Of a stretch of 32,000 nt of DNA, positions 15,178 through 23,602 are shown in pieces; within the stretch, counting starts at the first letter, position 1, and the number at the start of each line of letters is the position of its first letter. The DNA is from Candidatus Saccharimonadota bacterium. GTDB taxonomy: Bacteria; Patescibacteriota; Saccharimonadia; Saccharimonadales; Saccharimonadaceae. Below the pieces are notes generated by a model. That model did no database searches. It saw only the letters and a list, made by a program, of their open reading frames with translations, and was not told the DNA's origin. Location of the stretch: assembly GCA_002421785.1 (NCBI GenBank), contig DIRZ01000003.1:210001-242000 (forward strand), read 5' to 3'. The position numbers and the translations under genes were made by a program.

Positions 15178-15894
15178 TTATTTGCTTTGACGCTTTTCAT
15201 ACGTCTGCAGGGCGGCACGGGCGGCTTCTTGCTGCGCATTCTGCTTACTAGGCCCAACACCTTTGCCCATAAGCTGTCCATTGACATATGCTCCCAGTGT
15301 AAACACTTTGTCGTGATCCGGGCCAACCTCTTCGATAACTTTATATAGTGGTGTCGCACCATCAACTCGCTGGCTGACTTCCTGTAGGTGGCTCTTCGGG
15401 TCGCGCCACGTGCCTTCGTTCAGAATAACCTCAAGCTTACTGATGATGTGCGTGTGAATGAACACACTGGCGGCATCGTAGCCTTGGTCGAGATAGATTG
15501 ATCCGATGGTAGCCTCGAACGCGTTTGCCAGTATCTGTAGTCGAGCACGTGGAGTGCCGTTCTTTTCACCCCTACTCATACGGACAAGTGACTCGTACCC
15601 TAGTTTGTCACCTGCTGCACCGATACTTTCCGTGCGCACCAAAGCAGCACGCCAACTGGTCAATATACCTTCTGGCTCGGTAAAGGTCCTGAACAAATAG
15701 TCAGTTACAACCAGCTCGAGCACAGCGTCACCTAGGAATTCCAGTCGTTCATTGTGGTCGGTCACGCTTTTTTTGTGCTCATTCACATAGCTACGGTGCG
15801 TCAATGCCGTAATAAGTAGCTGAATATCCTTAAATTCAAACCCGAGCTTTTCGCGCGCAAAATCTTGGTAAGGGCCGATGGGCATCCCTGTCAT
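15178..15894 (-). CDS. rnc: ribonuclease III
   Basis: RNase III signature NERLEFLGDAVLELVV plus a C-terminal dsRBD. Confidence 0.95.
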   Translation of the reverse strand: MTGMPIGPYQDFAREKLGFEFKDIQLLITALTHRSYVNEHKKSVTDHNERLEFLGDAVLELVVTDYLFRTFTEPEGILTSWRAALVRTESIGAAGDKLGYESLVRMSRGEKNGTPRARLQILANAFEATIGSIYLDQGYDAASVFIHTHIISKLEVILNEGTWRDPKSHLQEVSQRVDGATPLYKVIEEVGPDHDKVFTLGAYVNGQLMGKGVGPSKQNAQQEAARAALQTYEKRQSK

Positions 15895-16383
15895 TTATAG
15901 TTTCTCCTGCCGAATCCGCTTCATAGCGAGCAGCATTAATTTACCAATGTCTTCATATTCAATCAGGTCGAGCGCCTCACTAAACGGAAACCACCTGATT
16001 CCGTTCATCCATTCTTCTTTTTGGATTTCGTTACCATCAGAACGGACTCGTACCAAATAAATCTGGGTCGTCATGAGCACGAGCCGGTCGATACGGCGGT
16101 ATCGAAAGTGGATCTTGCCCAACCATCCCAACATATCAAGCTGGTGCAAGCCGGTTTCTTCGCCAATTTCACGGCGGGCAGTGTCGACAGCCTTCTCGCC
16201 GTCTTCAATGTGCCCTTTAGGAATCGTCCAACGGTCCTTAGCGTCCTGAATCAACAGGATCTCGATGCCATCTTTCCCGTGGCGAAATACGATGCCACCA
16301 CTCGTGGGTTCGCGGACGATTTCCTGAATTGAAGCCTTTGGTTTAAAATATTTCTTGAATTTATCAAGCTTCGGCGCTGGCAT
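15895..16383 (-). CDS. NUDIX hydrolase
   Basis: Nudix box [23 protein letters not shown] prefer the ATG at 16383 (MPAPKLDKF), which overlaps the nusB 3' end by 20 nt. The stop abuts the rnc start. Confidence 0.8.
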   Translation of the reverse strand: MPAPKLDKFKKYFKPKASIQEIVREPTSGGIVFRHGKDGIEILLIQDAKDRWTIPKGHIEDGEKAVDTARREIGEETGLHQLDMLGWLGKIHFRYRRIDRLVLMTTQIYLVRVRSDGNEIQKEEWMNGIRWFPFSEALDLIEYEDIGKLMLLAMKRIRQEKL

Positions 16384-16825
16384 TGTCTGGTTTCTCCTCC
16401 ACAAGCGTCCTAAATGCAGTGCCGAGCACTCCATTTATAAACTTGCTTGAGTTATCAGAACCAAATGCTTTGGCGAGTTCAACAGCTTCGTTGATAGCGA
16501 CCTTCGGCGGTACTTTATCACCACGGAAGAGTAGTTCATACAAGCCCAGCCGCAATACAGTACGATCAATACGAGAAATCTGCTCAATCGGCCATTCTGG
16601 CGCAATTGGTTGAATCTTTGCATCGAGACCCGGCTGCTCTTGCACAACGCCAGTCACTAAATCTTTCACGAAATCAGTGTCATCAATCGCCGTTTCGTAT
16701 CGCTCTAGGTTACGAGTCAGTACTTCGTCGGCGTCCACAGAAGTATCGCCTGCCTGCAAGCGGAACTCATACTCATACAGAGTTTGAAGTGCGACGATGC
16801 GTCCTAAGTGACGGTTACTTGCCAT
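16364..16825 (-). CDS. nusB: transcription antitermination factor NusB
   Basis: [13 protein letters not shown]...[14 protein letters not shown]... are typical NusB blocks. Confidence 0.9.
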   Translation of the reverse strand: MASNRHLGRIVALQTLYEYEFRLQAGDTSVDADEVLTRNLERYETAIDDTDFVKDLVTGVVQEQPGLDAKIQPIAPEWPIEQISRIDRTVLRLGLYELLFRGDKVPPKVAINEAVELAKAFGSDNSSKFINGVLGTAFRTLVEEKPDNASAEA

Positions 16826-16876
16826 TGTCTCTTGGTTCTTTCTTTGTTAATATCCACCCTAACAGAGGTAGACGTG

Positions 16877-17053
16877 CTACTTCTTGGTAACGGTTTCTTT
16901 TTTGACTGCTTTAAGCTTTTTGCCAGTTTCGTTCTTGGTTGTCTTAACCTTGACAGGTGATTTTGCGTTCACACGACGTGCGAGCTCAAGTACAAGGTGG
17001 CTGCGGCGTAGACCGGTTTTGCGCGGGCTCGACTGCTTCTTTGGCTGTGCCAT
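16877..17053 (-). CDS. rpmF: 50S ribosomal protein L32
   Basis: Manual translation gives MAQPKKQSSPRKTGLRRSHLVLELARRVN... (58 aa), with the L32 signature MAxPKxKxSxxRxxxRRSH and a ggagaa RBS. It falls below the ORF-track length cutoff. Confidence 0.85.
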   Translation of the reverse strand: MAQPKKQSSPRKTGLRRSHLVLELARRVNAKSPVKVKTTKNETGKKLKAVKKETVTKK

Positions 17054-17094
17054 GAAATGTTCTCCTTTTTCGGATTCTAATAAAACTTAGTGTT

Positions 17095-17123
17095 ATTATA
17101 CCTCAGTTTGACTGGCAACTCAA
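17095..17123 (-). promoter_or_regulatory. candidate promoter of rpmF
   Basis: On the minus strand: TTGAGT, 17-nt spacer, TATAAT. Confidence 0.5.
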
Positions 17124-17159
17124 TACATTGACAAATATTAGTTATAGCGCTTATGTATA

Positions 17160-17188
17160 TTGACTTATAGTAATACTTATGCTATAAT
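17160..17188 (+). promoter_or_regulatory. consensus sigma70 promoter of small GC3-rich ORF (module B)
   Basis: TTGACT (17160-17165), 17-nt spacer, TATAAT (17183-17188). The flanks resemble the module A promoter. Confidence 0.6.
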
Positions 17189-17242
17189 GTTATTGTTAGG
17201 CACTTCGTCTAACCCTCGTACTTCCCCAATCCGAAGGAAAAC

Positions 17243-17548
17243 ATGTTCACGAACATCGTCATCACCCTGGCCTTCCTCGCCCTCGAGTTCGGCGTACTGC
17301 ACCTGTGCTACAGGTACAACACCCCTCTCGCGCGGCGACAGTACTCGGTCGCCGTCTTCGGAGCAATGGCGCTCCTCAGCCTCGGCAGCTACTGGTTGTC
17401 GCCCATCCGTGGCGCCGACTTCGTAGGTGATGTGCTGATGCCCAACCTGTGGCTCGGATGGATCAACATGATCCTCCTGGCCCTCTACATGATCGCCCTG
17501 GTCATCCGGGGCATCAAGAAGTACGGGCTCACCCCCGCCTCATTGTAG
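17243..17548 (+). CDS. orphan 101-aa membrane protein with extreme GC3 codon usage
   Basis: 3 predicted TM segments. By hand count about 90 of 101 codons end in G/C. It sits between its own promoter and terminator. No family recognised. Confidence 0.55.
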   Translation: MFTNIVITLAFLALEFGVLHLCYRYNTPLARRQYSVAVFGAMALLSLGSYWLSPIRGADFVGDVLMPNLWLGWINMILLALYMIALVIRGIKKYGLTPASL

Positions 17549-17569
17549 GCGGGGGTTTCCCCTTTTTGA
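17532..17569 (+). terminator. rho-independent terminator
   Basis: cccccgcc-tcattgta-ggcggggg followed by tttcccctttttg. The ORF stop codon lies within the hairpin. Confidence 0.7.
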
Positions 17570-17576
17570 GGCCAGG

Positions 17577-20012
17577 TTAGGCAACAATGCTGACGAGTTT
17601 GCCGGTAATGTAGATGACTTTCTTCGGTTCGCTAACAACAAATTTCTTTACATTTTCGTCCGCAAGGGCGAGCTTTTTAATTTCATCTTCGGCCGTATCT
17701 TTTGCCACGTCCAGTTTCGCGCGCAACTTACCATTAACTTGCACGATGATTGTCATCGTATCACCGGTTAGATACTGCTTATCCCATTGTGGCCAGCTGT
17801 CCTTTTGGGCGCTGGTTTCGTGGCCAAGGTCATGCCACAGCTCATCGGCCATATGTGGGGCAAACGGCGCCACAAGCGCGACCAAACTGTCCAGCGCAAA
17901 CTGCCAGCTATTGCCGCCAGCAAACCCCTTTGCCTTGAGAGCATACAAGCCGTTGGTGCATTCCATCATGGCGGCGATTGCCGTATTATACTTTTGGTCT
18001 TCTAGGTCGGCAGTTACTTTACGAATAGCCGGGTGGATCGTTCGCAGCACCTCAACGTTCTGTTCGTCATCGTGCCCAGCCTCTAGAAATTCCTGTACCA
18101 AGTTCCATATGCGATTGAGGAAACGATAGGTTCCGGGCACTCCCTGTGGGTCCCAACGAGCCCAGACGTCGAGCGGTGCAGCGAACATCAGGTAGGTACG
18201 AAGCGAATCGGCGCCATAGCCGCTGTTGATGATTTCGAGCGGATCAACACCATTACCCTTGCTCTTACTAAACATCGTTCCATCACTCGCAGTCACTTTA
18301 CCGTTAAACAGGAACTTCTTGAACGGCTCCGGGTTTTCTACGAGACCCTGGTGCCAGAAGAACCTGGTCATAAAGCGCGCATACATCATGTGCGCAGTGG
18401 CGTGATCACCACCGTTATAGAAATCAATCGGCATCCACTTGTTTGCAATCGCACTATCAAAGATGCGAGATTCATTGGCGCCGTCCAGGTAGCGCAGGAA
18501 GTACCAGCTACTGCAGATGTACGTGTCGAGCGTATCAGTTTCGCGCGTTGCAGGGCCGCCACAGGTCGGACATGTCGTATTCATCCACTCTGTCGCTCGT
18601 GCGAGCGCACTTCGCCCGTCGCCACTCGGCGCAAAATCGTCAAGCAAAGGCAGCTCAACAGGTAGTTGCTCGTCAGGAACAAGCACGGTGCCGTCTTTTT
18701 CGCAGTGAATAATCGGAATTGGCGCACCCCAGTATCGCTGACGACTCACGCTCCAGTCGCGGACTTTATAGGTCGTTTTGGCTGCGCCCCGCTGTTCTTG
18801 CTCGAGCCATGCCACAATCTCTTCGCGGGCATCGCTGCTCGCCATGCCGTCATAGTGGCCACTATTCATTAGTGGTCCCTCGCCGTGATAACACTGCTCG
18901 GCTACATCATGCGGCTTAGTCACTACTTCGATAATCGGTAGGTTGAACTTCTCGGCAAATTCAAAGTCACGCTCGTCGTGCGCCGGCACTGCCATAATTG
19001 CACCCGTGCCGTAACCGCTCAGCACATAGTCGGCCACCCATATAGGTACCTTCGCACCGGTCGCAGGATTAATCGCATACGAACCAGTTGCAATACCCGT
19101 CTTTTCTTTCGTTTCCTGGCGTTCTAGCTCACTCTTCTTCAAGCTATCTTTCACATACGCCATCACTGCGTCGCGGGTGCCGTCATTCACCAATTGCTCC
19201 ACCAGTTCGTGCTCTGGGGCAATTACAAGGAACGTCGCACCAAACAACGTGTCGGGGCGAGTCGTAAACACCGTAACAGCGTCATCGCGACCATCGAGAG
19301 CGAATTCCACCTCTGCGCCAACGCTTTTACCAATCCAGTTCTTCTGTGCGGCCTTTACTACTTCACTCCAGTCAAGCGCATCTGTCGCCTCGAGCATTTC
19401 ATCGGCATACTCAGTAACCTTAAAGAACCACTGCTTCACTTCTTTTTTGGCGACTTCAGGGTCATCAACGCTATCATGCCGCCAGCATTTTCCATCAATC
19501 ACTTGCTCATTAGCAAGCACGGTTTGGCACTTTGTACACCACCACTGCATACGTGAATCCTGGTATGCCAGGCCCGCCCGATACATTTCACTAAATATCC
19601 ACTGCGTCCATTTGTAATAGACGGGCAAATGCGTACTGATTTCCTTGCTCCAGTCGTTACTCCAGCCCATCGCTTTGTACTGCGTATGATAGCTAGGAAT
19701 AATCTTTGCCATACTTTCCTGGGGCGAAATACCGCTTTTAATGGCAAAGTTTTCGGCCGGTAGTCCAAATGCATCCCAGCCTACAGGGTGATAACTCTCG
19801 TATCCTTGCTGTCGCTTAAATCGTGCCATCACGTCACTAATGGTATAGTTCATCGCATGCCCAATGTGGATACCAGCCCCACTAGGGTAGTTAAACATGC
19901 TCATGGCGATGTATTTTTGCTTATCGGACGATAGGTCCGCACGGTAAACCTGTTGTTCATCCCAGGCTTGCTGCCACTTTGGCTCAATTTCAGTTGGATT
20001 ATAGCGCTTCAT
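17577..20012 (-). CDS. leuS: leucine--tRNA ligase
   Basis: 811 aa. HIGH-type motif (SGAGIHIGHAMNY), KMSKS-type motif (MFSKSKGN) and a CP1 editing domain. Confidence 0.97.
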   Translation of the reverse strand: MKRYNPTEIEPKWQQAWDEQQVYRADLSSDKQKYIAMSMFNYPSGAGIHIGHAMNYTISDVMARFKRQQGYESYHPVGWDAFGLPAENFAIKSGISPQESMAKIIPSYHTQYKAMGWSNDWSKEISTHLPVYYKWTQWIFSEMYRAGLAYQDSRMQWWCTKCQTVLANEQVIDGKCWRHDSVDDPEVAKKEVKQWFFKVTEYADEMLEATDALDWSEVVKAAQKNWIGKSVGAEVEFALDGRDDAVTVFTTRPDTLFGATFLVIAPEHELVEQLVNDGTRDAVMAYVKDSLKKSELERQETKEKTGIATGSYAINPATGAKVPIWVADYVLSGYGTGAIMAVPAHDERDFEFAEKFNLPIIEVVTKPHDVAEQCYHGEGPLMNSGHYDGMASSDAREEIVAWLEQEQRGAAKTTYKVRDWSVSRQRYWGAPIPIIHCEKDGTVLVPDEQLPVELPLLDDFAPSGDGRSALARATEWMNTTCPTCGGPATRETDTLDTYICSSWYFLRYLDGANESRIFDSAIANKWMPIDFYNGGDHATAHMMYARFMTRFFWHQGLVENPEPFKKFLFNGKVTASDGTMFSKSKGNGVDPLEIINSGYGADSLRTYLMFAAPLDVWARWDPQGVPGTYRFLNRIWNLVQEFLEAGHDDEQNVEVLRTIHPAIRKVTADLEDQKYNTAIAAMMECTNGLYALKAKGFAGGNSWQFALDSLVALVAPFAPHMADELWHDLGHETSAQKDSWPQWDKQYLTGDTMTIIVQVNGKLRAKLDVAKDTAEDEIKKLALADENVKKFVVSEPKKVIYITGKLVSIVA

Positions 20013-20074
20013 TAGCTACTAGTATAGCAAACTCTACCCCTATCGTTAAGGGTGCCTACTGCATCAGTGCGGCA

Positions 20075-21355
20075 TTAGCTGTAGCGTTCAAAGTATGCGT
20101 CTTTTTGCTTCTGCCAGCTCGGTGATTGCCGGACCAGTTGCACATCTTCGCTCATATCACATAATATCTTGACTGTTTCTTCTAGGAATATCGTGTTTTG
20201 TGAACCTTTAGCCAAAATCACTGCACCATCTTGGGTAATAGAGCGGACAAACTCGCCTGCGGTTATTGCGTTCGACGCGATATGCACTTGGCAGCCGCGA
20301 CTCCTTGCGACTGGCGCGAGGAACTTTTCGCAATCCGGCCCCACCAGTACCACCCAGCTTAGTAGGCTCGGATCACAAAGCGCTCCTAGCTTTTCGTGCT
20401 CCACCTGGCTACTTGCCCCAAGCTCTCGCATGTCACCGAGCACGGCAATACGCTGGGGCGCTTCTGTAAAACTATAGAGTGTTTGGAGTGCAGCGGCTGC
20501 AGCGGCGGGACTGGAATTATACGTATCATCAATGATAGTCGTGCCCTGAATACCGCGCAGTACATTCATCCGCCCCGGTACCGGGCGTATCAGGCTAAGC
20601 CCTGACACGATGTCTTGATCTGTTAGGCCAAGGAGCATACCCACAGCCACGGCGCCCATCACTGGCCGCAAGCTATGCTCGCCTACCACCTTAATCGTGG
20701 CATCGAAGGGCTCATGGTTCACCGCAATAATCGAACCTCTATATCCTTCGTCCACAGTAAAGTCTTGCTGCTCGAACCGATATTCAGCGGCTCCCGTGGT
20801 GCCATAGGTGCTGAAATTAGGGTTCGTTTCATAATCAGCGAACCGGCCCTCTACGTCATCGCGATTAATCAGCACATACTTCGCGTAAGCGCTCACTGCC
20901 ATCTCCTCCTTCGCAACGGCTTCGATGGTTCCAAAAAACTCCATGTGTTCAGGAGTAATCGCCGTCACAAGCGCGATATCTGGCACAAGGTATTTGCCAA
21001 AAGCTGCTATCTCGCCCGGCTTATCCGTACCAAGTTCCTGCACAATCACATCGACATCAGTCGGCTGCTTGATACGGAGCCGTGCTGCGCGGAAAACAGT
21101 CAGCCATATGAATGGATTACGAATATTATCTGGAAAGTCGATGCCCAAAATAGCCAGTGGCGCTGAAATATCCGAGTTGTGGTTGCCGTCGTGCATGCGA
21201 ATCCGGTAACGGCGTGACAGCAAATCAGCAACAGCCCGCTTAGTGCTCGTTTTGCCGACGCTTCCTACTACTGCAACCAACTTTACTTCTGGGTGTTTCG
21301 CAAAGTATTTCCGAACATAGCGTTCAAGCTTTTTTTGTATGAACAATTTGAACAT
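20075..21355 (-). CDS. murF: UDP-N-acetylmuramoyl-tripeptide--D-alanyl-D-alanine ligase
   Basis: Mur ligase P-loop VGSVGKTSTK, plus ELGTDKPGEI and DDTYNSSP, which are MurF-type blocks. The ATG at 21355 (MFKLFIQKK) avoids overlap with the upstream HD gene. Confidence 0.8.
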   Translation of the reverse strand: MFKLFIQKKLERYVRKYFAKHPEVKLVAVVGSVGKTSTKRAVADLLSRRYRIRMHDGNHNSDISAPLAILGIDFPDNIRNPFIWLTVFRAARLRIKQPTDVDVIVQELGTDKPGEIAAFGKYLVPDIALVTAITPEHMEFFGTIEAVAKEEMAVSAYAKYVLINRDDVEGRFADYETNPNFSTYGTTGAAEYRFEQQDFTVDEGYRGSIIAVNHEPFDATIKVVGEHSLRPVMGAVAVGMLLGLTDQDIVSGLSLIRPVPGRMNVLRGIQGTTIIDDTYNSSPAAAAAALQTLYSFTEAPQRIAVLGDMRELGASSQVEHEKLGALCDPSLLSWVVLVGPDCEKFLAPVARSRGCQVHIASNAITAGEFVRSITQDGAVILAKGSQNTIFLEETVKILCDMSEDVQLVRQSPSWQKQKDAYFERYS

Positions 21356-21377
21356 AGTCCCATCATACCGCATATGC

Positions 21378-22016
21378 TCACAACTCGGAAGCCGCGGCAC
21401 GCTTCTGCGCGATATCACTCACCACTTCTATGCAAAACGCTTCGATAAGCGCTTCGAGTTCAGCGTTAAGAGGGCAATCCGGCACGCGTTTTTTTGCCAC
21501 CTGCAATACTGACGTATACCACCATAGCTGCTCAAGCGGCTGCAAGTTAAAATGTTGCCAGAATTCGCTTCCGTATCTTTGATGGTTCCGGATCATATCT
21601 GTCAGGTTGCTAACTTTATCGGCCAGCGCGATTATCACCGAACCGTCACCGGCTTCAAATTCCAGACGGGTTAGGTAAGCGGTGTTTCGATCGTGCCAGT
21701 TCTCAATGTCATCGTTTTTTGAAACTCCCCAGACCAAAAAAGCAACGTTTGATCCGAACTCAGCTTCGAGCTCCTCGAACGTCACCGGAGTATCCTCAAC
21801 GGTATCGTGTAAAACTGCTGCAATTTGCGTGTCCGGGTCGTCAGTAACGGCACGTACACGTTCCATCACGTCGAACGGATGCACAATGTACGGCTGCAGC
21901 TCTGCTTTTCGTAGTTGATTCTCATGTGCTTTGGCGGCGAAGTTCATCGCCACCCACAGGGGCTCCTCGTAGCGCTCAATAATTGGTAGTGTGTGGAGGT
22001 GGTCATGCTTGGGCAT
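21378..22016 (-). CDS. HD-domain protein, RelA/SpoT-hydrolase-like (small alarmone hydrolase-like)
   Basis: HPFDV...AAVLHDTVEDT HD motif of the (p)ppGpp hydrolase fold. No synthetase domain. Confidence 0.65.
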   Translation of the reverse strand: MPKHDHLHTLPIIERYEEPLWVAMNFAAKAHENQLRKAELQPYIVHPFDVMERVRAVTDDPDTQIAAVLHDTVEDTPVTFEELEAEFGSNVAFLVWGVSKNDDIENWHDRNTAYLTRLEFEAGDGSVIIALADKVSNLTDMIRNHQRYGSEFWQHFNLQPLEQLWWYTSVLQVAKKRVPDCPLNAELEALIEAFCIEVVSDIAQKRAAASEL

Positions 22017-22243
22017 GTGCTTTTCCTTTCTTTTACCGCTGAGTTATAAAAAACGGCCAGCGAATTAATAGATAATTCGTAGCCGCAATGGTCGCTTATT
22101 GTAAAGCCGCTGTCCTACATACTCAGTATGCGCCTGCGATGTCTGCAATGCAAGTGCACTTTTGCACGAAGTACCGGGCGACTGTAAACATTTTCATAGT
22201 CAAACGGCTCATATGCGGTTATGATGAGGACAAAAGGAGTTAT

Positions 22244-22546
22244 ATGATAGCAAGTATTATTTATGCAATTGGTGGTTTTATAGAAGCACTTGTTGGTTTA
22301 CGGTTCGTACTACGGCTCGTAGGGGCAAACCCTGACAATGCGCTTGTCAGCTGGATTTATGCATGGAGCACACCGTTCGTTGCGCCATTTTCGGGTATTT
22401 TCGGCCAAGACGCCACTATTGTTAGTGGCGTAGGTGCCGTGACGACAAGCGTGTTCGATTGGACCGCCCTCGTCGCGCTGATCGTCATTGGTATCGTCGT
22501 GGGGATTATTGGCTCCTTGCTTGGCCGTCACTACGCAGTACGATAA
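22244..22546 (+). CDS. YggT-family membrane protein
   Basis: The ATG at 22244 is preceded by aaaggag. FIEALVGLRFVLRLVGANP...PFSGIFG is typical of YggT. The longer track ORF (from 22088) has no RBS. Confidence 0.65.
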   Translation: MIASIIYAIGGFIEALVGLRFVLRLVGANPDNALVSWIYAWSTPFVAPFSGIFGQDATIVSGVGAVTTSVFDWTALVALIVIGIVVGIIGSLLGRHYAVR

Positions 22547-22559
22547 TCCACGCTAACAC

Positions 22560-22588
22560 TTGAAATTCAGCACCAAATCCCGTATACT
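22560..22588 (+). promoter_or_regulatory. promoter positioned as for a tRNA gene, upstream of the tRNA-Gly 5' fragment
   Basis: TTGAAA, 17-nt spacer, TATACT. The -10 ends 11 nt before position 22600, the same spacing seen at tRNA-Gln and tRNA-Gly(CCC). Confidence 0.55.
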
Positions 22589-22599
22589 TTCTCATTGAC

Positions 22600-22623
22600 G
22601 CGGGTATAGCTCAGTTGTTAGAG
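22600..22623 (+). pseudogene. 24-nt duplicate of the 5' end (acceptor arm plus D-arm) of tRNA-Gly(GCC)
   Basis: gcgggtatagctcagttgttagag is identical to 22777-22800. No matching T-arm or 3' acceptor strand follows. Confidence 0.8.
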
Positions 22624-22776
22624 TGAGAACCTTCAGCGAAGGTTCGCAAGGCAACGTCACAAATGAACTCGTTCATTTGCCTGACTTGCGGGGTCGCGGA
22701 ACGTGACCAAACTTGCCAGGCCAAGGATGCTTCTAACAAGTGCGGTATAATCGTGAAGTAAATTCATTTTACATAT
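22624..22776 (+). ncRNA. structured 153-nt spacer, candidate co-transcribed ncRNA or integration relic
   Basis: Hairpins gaacctt-cagcg-aaggttc and caaatgaa-ctcg-ttcatttg, plus a gtcac...gtgac closure. There is a degenerate inverted copy of the tRNA 5' part (cttctaacaagtgcggtata) and an anticodon-arm-like cttgccaggccaaggatg. Confidence 0.3.
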
Positions 22777-22852
22777 GCGGGTATAGCTCAGTTGTTAGAG
22801 CGCATCCTTGCCAAGGATGAGGCCACGAGTTAGAGTCTCGTTACCCGCACCA
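22777..22852 (+). tRNA. tRNA-Gly (anticodon GCC)
   Basis: Complete cloverleaf with anticodon loop ttGCCaa and an encoded CCA. The D-loop (agttgtta) and T-loop (ttagagt) are unusual. Confidence 0.85.
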
Positions 22853-22865
22853 ACGTCTTTATTTT

Positions 22866-22891
22866 AAAACACACCCAGGTGGGTGTGTTTT
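22866..22891. terminator. bidirectional terminator between tRNA-Gly(GCC) and rdgB
   Basis: aaaacacaccc-aggt-gggtgtgtttt. Confidence 0.75.
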
Positions 22892-22931
22892 GCTTTACAA
22901 ATAACCAGTCCCTGGAGACCACTCGCCCCCA

Positions 22932-23486
22932 CTACGCGAGCGAATTAAGGTAGTCACGAACTTCGCGGAACGGCTTCATGACTTCAGCATATGTCAATTC
23001 ATTTGTCGCCTGGTCCATTTCGGCGCGAGTTATTTCGTATCCGTCGTTGACAAATATCTTGTCCCATCCGAATCCATTCTCGCCACGTGGGTGCTCGGCA
23101 ATTGTACCTTTGGCACGAGATTGGAAATAGCGGAACGACTCTCCGTCGTAATACCCAAAGGTACATATTGCTTCAGCCTTGCGGCTAGTAAAGCCGTCGA
23201 GCATGCGGCAACATGCTTCAGCGCCAGCCTGATCGATAAACCATTTAATATACGGACCAGGAAGTCCGTTCAGCGCATCAAAGCTTAGGCTGACGTCCTC
23301 TACCAGTACGGGGGCACCGACAACGGCATACGCCTGCTGAAGTTTATGCTCAAGCAGCCGCTCTGGGTCAGTTTCCTGGATTTCGTCCAGCTCCACTTTC
23401 TGATGCTCGAGGGCTATTCCAAGTTGTCGAGACAAGTAGTCTGCTTTGTCTTTATTGCCAGTGATAAATACGGGTAGTGTTGCCAT
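22932..23486 (-). CDS. rdgB: non-canonical purine NTP pyrophosphatase (RdgB/HAM1 family)
   Basis: FITGNKDKADY N-terminus and LNGLPGPYIKWF, a typical ITPase fold. 184 aa. Confidence 0.8.
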   Translation of the reverse strand: MATLPVFITGNKDKADYLSRQLGIALEHQKVELDEIQETDPERLLEHKLQQAYAVVGAPVLVEDVSLSFDALNGLPGPYIKWFIDQAGAEACCRMLDGFTSRKAEAICTFGYYDGESFRYFQSRAKGTIAEHPRGENGFGWDKIFVNDGYEITRAEMDQATNELTYAEVMKPFREVRDYLNSLA

Positions 23487-23602
23487 GCTTTCTCCTATTT
23501 TGACTAGTATACCAAATTATGCCTACACTCCGGTAGATTAATATAAAACTATAGACATTAATGCGGTTAAGTGATATAGTATGTAAAACTAACGGTTGCC
23601 TT

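Noticed and set aside
17160-17426. 88-aa track ORF overlapping the 101-aa membrane ORF
   Set aside because: It starts inside the promoter and gives a Ser/Pro-rich low-complexity translation. The other frame yields a coherent 3-TM protein with strong third-position bias.
17614-19617. Multiple plus-strand ORFs inside leuS. Similar shadow ORFs lie inside nrdD, hisS, murF and the CNNM genes.
   Set aside because: They are shadow ORFs antisense to strongly supported conserved genes. Their translations are low-complexity Ser/Arg/Cys-rich.
22663-22761. 32-aa Cys-rich micro-ORF (MNSFICLTCGVAERDQTCQAKDASNKCGIIVK) inside the tRNA-Gly spacer
   Set aside because: There is no Shine-Dalgarno sequence. The ORF lies within predicted RNA helices, and its length is well within chance expectation.
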